A program made the translations under genes and the position numbers. Positions 14,819 through 29,160 of a stretch of 64,000 nucleotides of DNA are shown piece by piece (position 1 is the first letter of the stretch; every line of letters starts with the position of its first letter). The notes beneath the pieces were generated by a model, which worked only from the letters and a program-made list of their open reading frames with translations, was not told the origin of the DNA and ran no database searches. Origin of the DNA: Eledone cirrhosa (lineage: Eukaryota); assembly GCA_964016885.1 (NCBI GenBank), contig OZ024755.1:15252001-15316000 (forward strand), read 5' to 3'.

Positions 14819-15886
14819 ATATGATGGGAATCTCTAGTCTCCGTTCACCAAACCAATTTACCGAAAATCCTTGCGCCTTAAAATAAATTCACCTCTACGG
14901 ATGGCTCGCATTTGAACAGTGAATGTTGAAATATAAATGGAAAATCTTCAAAAATATATTTTTTAATATTATGTGTTTCGAGTATACAATTAAATATAAT
15001 AATTAATACCCGTATAAGCAAGAAACTAAGCGATAACATATTCAACTAGATACAGTGATTAATGTGATAATGATGCAATTTGGAATGATATGAATTTACA
15101 AATTATTTTGCACTTTACAAATTAAGCAAATGAAATAATCAATAAATGCAACATTTTTAATTTGAGATTCAAATATGAAAAGTAGAAGATAATAATAAAG
15201 AAAAGACAGAAGTAGAAACGTGCAAAGTTTTCAACGTTATAATAGTACAGTAAAGGTTTTAGTAAAGTAGGTACTATAGGAAGCGCTTGGTAGACAGTAT
15301 GACCACCTAAAAATACACCTGTATAGCCTAATGTTACACACACATTATATATATATATATATACATTTTTCAAATGTGTCTGCTATTGTAGATGAAATTT
15401 GTTAACAATTATCGATTCTCATTTCTAGGACTTGAAATCACATTTTACCTTTGATTTACATTGTCGATGTTGTGGACACAGATTTGTCAAATGATTAAGA
15501 TGAAATCATAAGAAACCTAGTTCGATCATACCGTTTGCTGCACCTCAATGGAAAGATAGCGTACGATAAAGATATAGAGAGATACCGTACGATAAAGATA
15601 TATATAGAGATACCGTACGAAAAAAATATATATTATTTTAACTCGTTATATAGAGTTATTCTTTGTTCTGATAAAGGAATATGAAATAGGAAAAATAGAA
15701 ACCTGGCCGAGAGTAAGAAACGAAAGAAAAGTTTTACAGGAAAACACATTATGGAAGGGTATGCACGTGTGGGTTTCATCCGAAATTTTCGGGGGATAAG
15801 AATTATTTTCTCAGCTCCGTATATTATATATACATATATATACAACCAAAAATTAATATGGTTCGTTGATTTCTCAACGAATACAG

Positions 15887-15931
15887 TTTGTCTGATGAGG
15901 ACATAAGTACATTTGAAATACATATAATAAA
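15887..15931 (+). ncRNA. Minimal type I hammerhead ribozyme (degenerate stem II)
   Basis: tttgt-CTGATGA(15892-98)-16 nt-GAAA(15915-18)-tacata-TA-ataaa; 5-bp stem I with one G.U pair. Confidence 0.5.
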
Positions 15932-15977
15932 GTATATATTTTGATTATGCGAATATTTTTTATTTGTTCACATTTTG

Positions 15978-16020
<43 letters not shown>

Positions 16021-16164
16021 CACGGACACATACATATATGTATGTATATATATATACACACACACATACATATATATGTATATATATACACACATAATAT
16101 ATATGTATGCATACACACATATATATATGTGTATGTTTATATATACACACACACACACATATAA

Positions 16165-16477
16165 ACGGCTTTTTTCATTTCTGGTAGACGCACTCCATCA
16201 TCAACTTTTCTAAAAAATAAATCATACACAAAACGCCAGCACCAACAGTTTTGCAAGAGATGTCAACATGAATAGACCTGTTATTTTTATCTAGAGACAT
16301 TTTTTTCCAATTGCAACCCGCCCGCCCCCTCGATCCATCTTATTTCTCATTCTTTCTTCTGATGAAGGACTAGCGCCCGAAACGTTAAGACCCTCTTCCT
16401 GCTATATCAAGCGTTAACCTAATATATCCCTTCCATATACTGTACCGATTGTGTTATTTCTGTTTACCTTTTACACG

Positions 16478-16480
<3 letters not shown>
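16165..16480 (+). mobile_element. Penelope-like element 3' remnant (decayed EN C-terminus + pLTR)
   Basis: Decayed HF..THSIINF...RCQHE..YFYLETF resembles PLE GIY-YIG C-termini; followed by a hammerhead; the terminal 50 bp recur inverted at 61471-61521. Confidence 0.55.
16355..16390 (+). ncRNA. Minimal type I hammerhead ribozyme
   Basis: tctt-CTGATGA(16359-65)-aGGactagcgCCc-GAAA(16379-82)-cg-TT-aaga; palindromic AACGTT at stem III, typical of dimeric PLE HHRs. Confidence 0.75.
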
Positions 16481-16519
<39 letters not shown>

Positions 16520-16864
16520 TATATATATATATGCATATATATATATATGCATATATATATATATGCATATATATATATATATATATATATGCATATATAT
16601 ATATATATGCATATATATATATATATATATGCATATATATATATATATATATGCATATATATATATATATATATATGCATATATATATATATATATGCAT
16701 ATATATATATATATGCATATATATATATATATATGCATATATATATATATATGCATATATATATATATATATATGCATATATATATATATATATATGCAT
16801 ATATATATATATATATATGCATATATATATATATATATATGCATATATATATATATATATATGC

Positions 16865-16898
<34 letters not shown>

Positions 16899-17209
16899 GC
16901 ATATATATATATATATATATATGCATATATATATATATATATGCATATATATATATATATATATGCATATATATATATATATATATGCATATATATATAT
17001 ATATATATGCATATATATATATATATATATGCATATATATATATATATATATATATGCATATATATATGCATATATATGCATATATATATGCATATATAT
17101 ATATATATATATGCATATATATATATATATATATATATGCATATATATATATATATATATATGCATATATATATATATATATATGCATATATATATATAT
17201 ATATATATA

Positions 17210-17291
<82 letters not shown>

Positions 17292-19113
17292 TATATATAT
17301 ATATAGGTATATATATGCATATATATATATATATAGGTATATATATGCATATATATATATATAGGTATATATATGCATATATATATATATATAGGTATAT
17401 ATATGCATATATATATATATATATAGGTATATATAGGTATATATATGCATATATATATATATATATAGGTATATATAGGTATATATATGCATATATATAT
17501 ATATATATATAGGTATATATAGGTATATATATGCATATATATATATATATATATATAGGTATATATATGCATATATATATATATAGGTATATATATGCAT
17601 ATATATATATATATATATGCATATATATATATATATATATGCATATATATATATATATATGCATATATATATATATATATGCATATATATATATATATAT
17701 GCATATATATATATATATATATGCATATATATATATATATATGCATATATATATATATATATGCATATATATATATGCATATATATATATATATGCATAT
17801 ATATATATATATGCATATATATATATATATGCATATATATATATATATATAGGTATATATATGCATATATATATATATATAGGTATATATATGCATATAT
17901 ATATATATATAGGTATATATATGCATATATATATATATATAGGTATATATATGCATATATATATATATATAGGTATATATATGCATATATATATATATAG
18001 GTATATATATGCATATATATATATAGGTATATATATGCATATATATATATATAGGTATATATATATATATATAGGTATATATATGCATATATATATATAT
18101 AGGTATATATATATATATATAGGTATATATAGGTATATATATGCATATATATATATATATAGGTATATATAGGTATATATATATATATAGGTATATATAG
18201 GTATATATATGCATATATATATATATAGGTATATATATGCATATATATATATATAGGTATATATAGGTATATATATAGGTATATATATGCATATATATAT
18301 ATATAGGTATATATATATATATAGGTATATATAGGTATATATATGCATATATATATATATAGGTATATATATGCATATATATATATATGCATATATATAT
18401 ATATATGCATATATATGCATATATATATATATATGCATATATATATATATATATGCATATATATATATATATGCATATATATATATATATATGCATATAT
18501 ATATATATATATGCATATATATGCATATATATATATATATGCATATATATATATATATATATATGCATATATATATATATATATATATGCATATATATAT
18601 ATATATATGCATATATATGCATATATATATATATGCATATATATATATATATATGCATATATATATATATATATGCATATATATGCATATATATATATAT
18701 ATATGCATATATATATATATATGCATATATATATATATATATGCATATATATATATATATATATGCATATATATATATATATATGCATATATATATATAT
18801 ATATGCATATATATATATATATATATGCATATATATATATATATATGCATATATATATATATATGCATATATATATATATATATATGCATATATATATAT
18901 ATATATATGCATATATATATATATATATATGCATATATATATATATATATATGCATATATATATATATATATGCATATATATATATATATATATGCATAT
19001 ATATATATATATATGCATATATATATATATATATATGCATATATATATATATATATGCATATATATATATATATATGCATATATATATATATATGCATAT
19101 ATATATATATATA

Positions 19114-19153
<40 letters not shown>

Positions 19154-19431
19154 TATATATATATGCATATATGCATATATATATATATATGCATATATAT
19201 ATATATATGCATATATATATATATATGCATATATATATATATATGCATATATATATATATATATATATATGCATATATATATATATGCATATATATATAT
19301 GCATATATATATATATATGCATATATATATATGCATATATATATATATGCATATATATATATATGCATATATATATATATATATATATGCATATATATAT
19401 ATATATATATGCATATATATATATATATATA

Positions 19432-19505
<74 letters not shown>
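16481..19505. repeat. 3-kb interrupted (TA)n array with GC and GG interruptions
   Basis: Direct reading; alternating blocks of atgcat-only and ataggt+atgcat units. Confidence 0.97.
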
Positions 19506-20102
19506 AATAAATAAGTGTGTGTTTGTGGGTAGGGTATAGGTGTGTCTGCAAGTATTTGCTACTGTGATTGTATATATGAATTCAAGGCAAAAGAATTGTT
19601 TACATATGTATGCACTTACTATAGCTTAGCATATATAGACATTTTAATCTACTATTATTGAATATATCTTTATCGAAAAAGCTTACAATCTGAGGAAACA
19701 TTTTAAAATCTGAGAAAAGTATTTCAGATGGAAATATCCAGCAACGTGTCATCTGTTGTTTTTTTTTTATTTATCGACTTTTAACATAAAGTATACAGTA
19801 TATTGGTTTTATTTTAATATAATTTCAATTACAATTCCACATATACATTAAAAGTAACAATTTTATGTTAAAATTCTATATTTATTATTGGATATATATT
19901 GGCTTTATATATATATGTGAGTGAGTGTGTGTATGTGTGTGTTTACGTATGCATATGTACATATATGTATGTACATATGCATACTGCACTGTTTTTTCTT
20001 ATTTTTTTTTTGTTTTTTTCCTAGCACTGTTAAAAAATAAACTTCGTTTGTTCATTCCATGAAAATCCTTTTGTCAGCGTATGAAATTTCCAGGCGTTAC
20101 TA

Positions 20103-20170
<68 letters not shown>

Positions 20171-20172
<2 letters not shown>

Positions 20173-20216
20173 CATGATGATTTCGTTCGAATGAAACAGT
20201 TCTAGTCCTGTAGAAG
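20171..20216 (+). ncRNA. Hammerhead ribozyme copy, family B (core C3 mutated or truncated)
   Basis: ttc-aTGATGA-tTTCgttcGAAt-GAAA-CAGttctagtcCTG-TA-gaag; an intact ttcCTGATGA is seen in the homologue at 29985-29995 (minus). Confidence 0.6.
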
Positions 20217-20237
20217 CTTTTGCTATATTAAACACTG

Positions 20238-20281
<44 letters not shown>

Positions 20282-20432
20282 TGTGTGTATGTTTGTCTGT
20301 GTGTGTGTTTATGGTGTAGAGAGGGCATGTGTGTGTGCGTATCTGTGTGTATGTATTTATGTGATTTTCATCATATCTATTTAATGAAAGTAATAACAAA
20401 AAGAAAGAAAAAGACAATTTCGTAGGAACTAA

Positions 20433-20603
20433 AATAATTGTTTCTACTTTTGGGACAAGGCCAGCAATTACACAGTACATTACTGGTATTTTATTTTATC
20501 GACCCCGTAAGGATGAAAGGCAGATTAACCTCGGCGGGATTTGAACTCAGACTGTAAAGGGACGTAACTATGCTAGAAAGTATCTAACGATACTGCCAAT
20601 TCA
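20433..20603 (-). mobile_element. tRNA-derived SINE (Deu/Nin-like)
   Basis: Reverse complement of 3328-3508 with high similarity. Confidence 0.85.
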
Positions 20604-21227
20604 AAATAATGAAAGTGTTTCAACATTAGCATTTATGTCAAAATAAATAGAATTTTATAGAAAAGATTAAAATAAGTCTGCATAAAATGTAATTGGCAGA
20701 TTCCGACAGTTGGCTTGTTTCAACTGATGAGAAAACCATTGTAGACGAAGTATTACACAAATTAATGTTTTTGAATTTGGAAACGAATCTAAATGCTGTA
20801 AGATTACATTAGTGTCTGCTTTTTATTTTTTATTTTCCGACAAAGAATTGACTGTAAATGCTGAAGAAAATCTATTTAACGTTTATCCAATAAAGAATGA
20901 GAGTCATTTAATTATACAATAATGGTAACTTTTGTTTTAAATATTAGCATTTGTATTCAAAAATAATTCAATTAACCTTCAACATATATTTTATCTGGTC
21001 AAAAGTAAAAACGTATAGAGTTTGTCCTAAAACGTGAGAAAAATCGTTTATACCAAAACGTCATGAAATCAAGATATTAATGCAGGTACGGTTTGTGATA
21101 ATACACAATAAGTAATTTACTCTAACAAAGTATTATTCGTACCTATATAAGTGTGTATATATATTTATATATATATATATATATATATGTATGGACACAA
21201 ACACTCATATATATATATATATATATA

Positions 21228-22030
21228 TAACTTTGATAGGTTTCGACCAGTATTGGCCCAGGGCATGTCTAACTTAATAGCACCACCTGGCGAAGACTTA
21301 CAAATCAGTGTTTGGGCACCATGGCCCACTCGAGCAGAGAGTTTACGGAGACATATCCGGAATTTCTTGAAGGAATTTATTCAAAGACTTCTTGAACTTG
21401 ATGGGGTCTATCTCTGCTCTGATGTGTCTTGGTGTAATGTTAAAGAGTGCAGGGCCAATTGAGGTGAAATAATTGTGCCGTATTGTTGTTATGTAATGCG
21501 AGTGAGATTTTTGTCGTGGGCGGATAGCACGGGGCCCAAGCCTTGGGTGTACACTAAAGGTGATGCCAACATCATTTGGGCAAAGCTGATGGAATATTTT
21601 CCACATCATACAGATAATGTAGCGCTCACGGCGACGTTGGAGAGATTAAAGTTTGAGCTTTTCTAATCCACTCCAATAGTCAAGGCCTGTCATGCCATCT
21701 ATCTTTTTTGTAATTGACCTTTGGGGTGCTTCAACTTTCATGATACTTTGTTTCGTGTGGGGTGACCACATTGGACAACAGTATTCAAGGTGGGGTCGGG
21801 CAAAAGTGGAGAAGAGAAGGATAACAGTATGGATATCTCTCGACTGGAAAATTCTAAGAATCCAGGAACACATTCTGCGGGCCATATCAACTTTGCTGTT
21901 TATATGAGTGGCCCAGCTTGTGTTGTTGTCCACAATTACTCCCAGGTCTCTGATGTTATTGGATGCCACTAGAGTTTCACATGAAGGAAGAGAGTATGGT
22001 AGTTTCAGGGCATCCTTTTTTCCAAAGTGG
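21228..22030 (-). mobile_element. 5'-truncated, decayed LINE (CR1/L2 group): RT C-terminus and 3' end
   Basis: Peptides IRDLGVIVD, RPHLEYCCPMWSP, YWSGLEKLKL, MWKIF, GPALFNITP align by eye to the C-terminal half of the 35160 ORF; frameshifts; 3' end abuts TA. Confidence 0.9.
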
Positions 22031-22164
22031 ATTAATTCAAATGTATCAGTCATCGTCTCACTTTCATATACGCAGCCATTATAAATCACGGTGTGATGGT
22101 GGTACTAGTAATTTTATATTATATGTGTCATATATGTATAGGCATGCACGCGTACGTATATGTA

Positions 22165-22202
<38 letters not shown>

Positions 22203-22222
22203 TATCTATATGTACGTGTATA

Positions 22223-22260
<38 letters not shown>

Positions 22261-22434
22261 TATCTATATGTACGTGTATATATATATATATATGTGTGTG
22301 TGTGTATATCTATATGTACGTGTATATATATGTGTGTGTATATATATATGTACGTGTATATATCTATATGTACGTGTATATATGTGCGTGTGTGTATATA
22401 TTAAACATAAACATATTGTACATGCACACACAAA

Positions 22435-22485
<51 letters not shown>

Positions 22486-23323
22486 GATTATTTGTGTTTA
22501 CGTGTCTGTGTGTAGTATTAAACTCATGATCACTATCCAAGTGCAAGTATTCGTATTATGTTCTCTTTTTTTATTGAGTGTTTCAGTAGAATAAATTATA
22601 TTTTCACTGCCATTTCAATACTCTATCACCCGAATGAAATGATTTTAGCTCCATTTTTTTATAGTTACACAGCGAAACTCATTCTTTGCTTCTTTCTTTC
22701 TTGACTTATTTATTTCTACGCGTGAAAAATGGGAATGGTTTTGGCTATATTTTTTATGCGTTATAGTCGCATTAAAATGTTGCGAATGTTAACCTCAGAT
22801 TTATTTGAGAAATCAGGAAATAATTCACCTATAATGTATCTTAGTTCTTTTCGCTTTTGCACGATATCTGCGTATTGTATATTCTATTAAATGTTACTAT
22901 TAACGTTGCACCCATTAATTTTCTAGTTCTTTGCAGTGTTCTATATAAGACGCCTGTTGCAATAGGTAATGCCTCTTTCTTTCTATCGGTGTTTTTTTTT
23001 TGTGTGTGTGCTGCATAAAATAATGCATAGTTGTATATCATTTGTGTTTTGTGTACCGTGGTCTAATTGTTGAAGTTGTATATTGAACTGAACAGTGTTT
23101 GTTCTGTGTTAGAATAAAGTATTCCTTAAATTCATATAAAGTTTAAAACATACATTTATTTATAATTACATTCAGTTATTTACAAGCTTGTGTACTTTTG
23201 ATGATGAGATTGAAATTCGTAATATAATTTGATTACTACTAAACTGATAATTGTCATAGGATAGGTACTAGGGTCAGCTGAACAGTACATAGGCTGACCT
23301 TGACTTATTATAAAAGTCTGAGT

Positions 23324-23352
<29 letters not shown>

Positions 23353-23358
<6 letters not shown>

Positions 23359-23970
23359 CAGGAAAGAAAGTTTACATGGTTTGCTATACAAAAAAGTTTT
23401 TAATCACATAGCTTACATTTGTTTCACTGAACTGGTATGTCTAGAGATCGCTATCCGCCTAATTTTGCGTCACTCGATCGCCAATACAGAATTATAACCA
23501 GTCAGATCTTCGGAGCATGCGAGAATGAAGAAAATACACAGGCAAGAAAAGAAAAGAAAATATGGAGTAGTTATGGCATTCAATAAAAGGCTACTTAATA
23601 ATAAGTTAGAAAGATCTATCTTCTGCAGACATAGAATAGCCACTAAATTCATAAGATTCAAACCTCCGTGAATCGAACCAACATAACATAGCTTTAAATT
23701 AGGATATCTACTACCCACAGAAATATATTCATTAAGTATACTATTTCCTTCACAAGTCTATACCACACAATTGTCTGTAAATACCTCATCTACCAACAAT
23801 CTTACTCCTTCTCAGCTGCTGCAATCATTTGATCCTAGATCCTAGTTTTTCTCATTCCACTACTACAATGTTACTTTACCTTCTTTTTGCCATAATTACA
23901 ATTAGCACGCTTTTCTCTTTGCATGTATGTATATTTTTGTACGTACGTACGTACGTATGTACGTGCGTTC

Positions 23971-24018
<48 letters not shown>

Positions 24019-24748
24019 GTGCGCGTGCGCGTGCGTGTGCGTGTGCGTGTGTGTGTGTGTGTGGATATATGCGTATATTAATTCGTTAACCTCTGTATTA
24101 ACTCTACAACTATTGAGCTTTGACAGTGGTCCCACTCATGTATACTGTTGAAGATGAAGAGAAAGACTGTAAAAACTAGCTTATCTTTATAATTTAAAAT
24201 TGATACACACTACGATACTTTTTGCCTTATGACAGCTGGTTTTCACGCCGTAACATTAGATACATTATATACCCCCCACCTAAGTAATGTCAGGGTCTTC
24301 TTAAATAGTTTATTGATAGCATTGTTGTAATAATTGTTGTTGTTATTGTTCTAATTGAATGCCATAACTACTCCATATTTTCTTTTCTTGCCTGTGTATT
24401 TTCTTCATTCTCGCATGTTCCGAAGATCTGACTGGTTATAATTCTGTATTGGCGATCGAGTGACGCAAAATTAGGCGGATAGCGATCTCTAGACATACCA
24501 GTTCAGTGAAACAAATGTAAGCTATGTGATTAAAAACTTTTTTGTATAGCAAACCATGTAAACTTTCTTTCCTGATTTATTATTACTCCAAGTGTTTACA
24601 ACATAGGAATTACAGCATACCTGCAGCATCACTATGAAAACGCCTTGTTGAGTCAAACCAAGCCAAGCGTTAATATCATCCACTACCTGGAATACCATAA
24701 CTGGACTTCACCTAAGTGGACTGCATTTAACTATTATTTGTTAATCCG

Positions 24749-24750
<2 letters not shown>
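23353..24750 (+). mobile_element. 5'-truncated Penelope-like element with inverted 5' pLTR segment
   Basis: Inverted arms 23353-23584 and 24354-24580; 23582-23671 encodes NKRLLNNKLERSIFCRHRIATKFIRFKPP*, homologous to the GIY-YIG C-terminus at 38193; TA at both ends. Confidence 0.8.
24414..24526 (+). ncRNA. Hammerhead-like motif with long stem II and CCGAAGA core (mirror copy 23407-23519, minus)
   Basis: catgtt/catgct-CCGAAGA-tCTGACTGG...CCAGtTCAGt-GAAA(24508-11)-caaatg-TA-agctatg. Confidence 0.5.
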
Positions 24751-24788
<38 letters not shown>

Positions 24789-24893
24789 GAATTAATACCT
24801 AGTAACATATATATACATTCCAGAAACTAATTAGTTGGAAGTGATATTTTAGTAAGTAAGTTAATTTTATAATTTTCTTATTTTACGCCTCTC

Positions 24894-24958
<65 letters not shown>

Positions 24959-26539
24959 AAACTATGTGATTACTTTCGTAAAAGACAGATTGGTAAAACC
25001 ATTCACGATATATTAACGGTGTGCGATGTTTATAGATTTAAAATATTTGTCTCTTCAGTTTCCACATGATCTAATTCTGCATGTTCCCAATAATGCAGAA
25101 AGCGAAAACGAAGAAGACTTTAGAATTAAGGGAAATGTTATACCTCGACTTTGTGGCCTCTCGGAGTCGCAGCTGAAAGCAGTGTGGCATGGACTGTTTG
25201 CGAAATCGACAACAATGTCCAAAAGATATACCGATTTTACTTGAAAAGATACGGAAATATATTGCACTATAGTGAACGATGGCAAGCATTCGTTGAACAA
25301 GATATAATAGATTTGTTTGTATACCAGATAGAATGGTGTGATTCTTCCATAATCGCTGAGAACCGAATCCACTGGATTAAACATATTACCTATTTCCATT
25401 CATTATGTACATTAATCAATTTATTTTGGGCGTTATGACACACAACATCTTATGAGGCTTGCGAATTCATGTTTCCGCTTACTTTAGCTTAGGTGTGTTT
25501 ATTGTATGTGTTACAGTGGAACAGATTGTATATTTGACTGCTTAGAATGGAAGAAGGTATGGAAATACATTTCACAATGAAAATCGCAAACACTACTTGC
25601 TTGGTATTCGATGTAGGGCAAGCATTTATCATGACTCGATGAAGGGTGCAAATCAGCCTTAATTGTTGCTCAATAAAGTTGCTAGCATATTTGTGTTGCA
25701 CAAGATAAACTATCTTTGCTTTTATACGAAAGAGTTGTGAAGGTTTGCCTCCAGATTATGCAAGAATGCATCCTTTCGATTAAGACATATTGTCCCCTGT
25801 ACCTGCTGCCTAATCTTATGTTTCTTATTTTCTGGACATCATATATTTTGAAGACTATATTTGGGACGTTTTGGGCCGTAGAATATTATGATCTGTGCGA
25901 CGTTATAATTCTTCTAGACTTAAACTCAGGTAAGTTGCTCATGTATGTCGTTGAATAGAATATTTTATACGTATGATTTTAAAGCAATAATAAATGTGGG
26001 CGGAATACTTTTAGAGTTAACTGTAGTATTATTCTAAAATCTTCTGAATTCACGATTCATCTTCAATAGGTTGTTAAATTTTGGTTTGTATTCGTCTGTA
26101 CAATTTCCTGATTGATGAAAGAAACTTAATGCCAAAGGTTAAACATTTCAAACCGAAGATAATGAACGAGAATCAGACAATATAATTCTCCTGATTCTCA
26201 TTTATAATTAAACAGCAATAAGCATCGCCATGAAAATCCTTTTATCGAATATAGATGAAAAGACCCAAGAGATTTTAATAGTCTGTATACATAAGAAATG
26301 AAACAAGACATAAGAAATCAAACCGAAAACTTCGAAATATTAATAAGAAAACATTAATACTCGGCCATAATTGAGTTCTTAATACAATACTTGCTTAAGA
26401 TAAGATATTTACACTATATATGGATACACACATACACTCACACCAACACACTAATTCCTGAATACATATATACATCCATGCATCCATTCATACATATATA
26501 TACAGGTACATATATGTGTGTTTGTTTGTGTGTATGTGA

Positions 26540-26865
26540 AGAGGACCCTTTTAGCTCATAAACAACCATGGGATATGCATATGGACATTTTCCAACCTAG
26601 GCACAAGCCTGGGCAAGCTGTTTTGGGAGAAGACCAACAGTCACCCATGCATACCCATCTTCTCACTCCATGCCAGCGATGTTGTCCAAGAGAAAGTCAA
26701 AGGTCGATACAGCTTGATACCAGTGAGATTGCAAATCATGTATTCCAGCTGAGTGTACTGGAGCAACGGGAAATAAAGTGTCTTGTTCAAAGGTACAACA
26801 GGCCACATGGTCCGGGAATCCAACTCAAAACCTCACGATTGAAAGCCGAACGCTCTAAACGCTAT
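26540..26865 (-). mobile_element. tRNA-derived CORE-like SINE
   Basis: Minus strand: tRNA-like head (gagttggattcccgg B-box-like), then gttgtacctttgaacaagacactttatttcccgttgctccagtacactcagctgg, resembling the CORE domain. Confidence 0.65.
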
Positions 26866-27636
26866 CAAATAAAACTGAGGATGTGGTAAAGCTGAGTTCA
26901 TATATCGACGGAGTTGTGGGATGTGAAAAAATTAGAATACTCAATGACTTTAAACCATGTAAATCTATTACTCAACTCTAAAAGTGAGGTTTTCAGGAAC
27001 GGTATACCCGTACAAAATATTTACATGGTAACACCAACCCAAAAATGTATTTATACAAGTATAGTCGATGATTTTTTTCAGGGTGCCTGCTATACGAACC
27101 ATGCGATTAAAATCCTCAGTATCCATCATGTAAGGATAAAATGCTATTCATAGCTCATCGGGATTTGAACTCTGAACGCTGAGACACGGATCAAATACCT
27201 AATGTTCAAACGACGACTGTAACACTGATCGTGTTATTGTGTACAGATATGTAGCTATTAAATATGAGTAATTATGTATTCCTATATGACGCCATTTGTG
27301 TATTTTTGTATCAGTTTCCATATTCTTTAGATTTGCGTCTAACATGTTCTTTTTGATTCACCACCTCACACTCTCCTACTAGATCAGCCGATCTCTCTCC
27401 GTCACCATCCCTCGCCCCTTTTCTCCATTCTTATCCCCCCTCTCTCTTTCTCCCTCTCTCTCTCACGTCCTCTCTCCACCAACCCTTTCACTCATTTCAT
27501 TAAATGCTTCAATCTTGTTTGAAATGTTCGTTCTTTTTTTTACTTTTATCTTTTATATATCTATTTTGTCATCATTCGGTGTTATCTCTATAGCTTCCTC
27601 TACAAAATGTACACACGTATTTAAACGTGAACACAC

Positions 27637-27696
<60 letters not shown>

Positions 27697-27715
27697 ATAT
27701 ATTCATATATGTATA

Positions 27716-27908
27716 AATAATTTGTTCTAGGTTTGGCACAAGGCCAGCAATTAACCAGTGCATTACTGGTACTTTATTTTATCGACTCCGTAAGGATGAA
27801 AAGCAAAGTTAACCTCGGCGGGATTTGAACTCAGAATGGCAAGGGCCGTAACTCTATGCGTCAAAGCATGGCGCCCGACCCTCTACCGATACTGTCAATC
27901 CACCGCCC
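27716..27908 (-). mobile_element. tRNA-derived SINE (Deu/Nin-like), full length
   Basis: Reverse complement of 3328-3508; head gggcggtggattgacagtatcggtagagg. Confidence 0.85.
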
Positions 27909-28359
27909 TTTATATAATACATATATATATACATAAATATATAAATAATAATACATATATATATACATGCATACGTATATGTATAAATAATAATACATAT
28001 ATATACATACATACACATATATATATATATATAGACACACCGTCATTCTGTCTCATTTGTCTCTCCTTTTGATATTTCATATCTCTTTTATATTTTACAT
28101 TCTGTTTACTGTCTGTTTTTTGTTTTTTTTTAATTGGATCTCTACCTTTCTCTACCTCTCTCACCTTTTCTTTCCCTTTCTCTACCTTTGTCTACATTTC
28201 TCTTTCTTTCACTACCTCTCTCTACCCTTTCACTTTTCTCTCACATTGTTATACTTGCATAAATGTCAACCTGTTGCCAGCAGTGGTAAACATGAAGCAG
28301 ACTTTTGTGGCTGCAAGGTGATAGGACATGATAGAAGTTACATCTCCTGATAATGAAGC

Positions 28360-29160
28360 TATCAACAACAACAGATATCAATAGACACCTCAAAAACAAC
28401 TACAGATGTAATGGCAGCAATAACAACACCAACATTAACTACAACAGCAGGAACAACGACACCACCACCACAACAATAGCAACAGTAACTACAAAAGCAG
28501 GAACAACGATACCATCATAACAAGAACGACACAACAACAACGACACGACAACACCAACAACAAAACATATATCAAAAGACACCTCAACAATGATAACATC
28601 AACATAAACAACAGTAACCACAAAAGCAACAACAACGACGTCATCAAGATCAACAACAACAACAATAATAACAACAGCAATGCCATAGATATCAAGAGAC
28701 ACCTCAACAATAAACAAAATAAACAATAGCAGCAACAATAACAGAAAGCACAACAATAATGATAACAATAACAACAACACATAACAGCAACAACAGTAAT
28801 CACAACAACAACAGCACCAACAGTGACGTCACCAACAAGAATAACAGCAACACAGATATCCAGAGAAACCTCAACAACAACCACAGCAAAAAGAACAACA
28901 ACAACAAACACATCACCACAGATATCAACAGACACCTCAACAATAATAACAACAATAATATAAACAACAGCAGCAGCAAGTAACCATCAACAATAATAAC
29001 AGTAGTAGCAGCAAGATCTACAAACTTTACAACTACAACAGCAGTTACGCCACCAACAGAAACAGAATTAACAGCAACAACAACAGTAACACTACCAATA
29101 ATACATGAAGAACAACCAGAAACAGCAACAACTACATTAACAGCGACAAGAGCAACAATT
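28360..29160. repeat. (AAC)n-rich cryptic minisatellite
   Basis: AAC/AAT/AGC runs punctuated by about 5 copies of gatatcaa.agacacctcaacaa. Confidence 0.8.

Noticed and set aside
16449-19551. ORFs up to about 1000 aa (and up to 1443 aa at 30764-35095; also 39359-41250, 54688-58273, 62419-63982)
   Set aside because: These are stop-free translations of interrupted (TA)n arrays, open in most frames on both strands; they are not genes.
28360-29160. CRISPR-like repeat-spacer array
   Set aside because: Spacers are low-complexity and irregular, there are no cas genes, and the context is animal.
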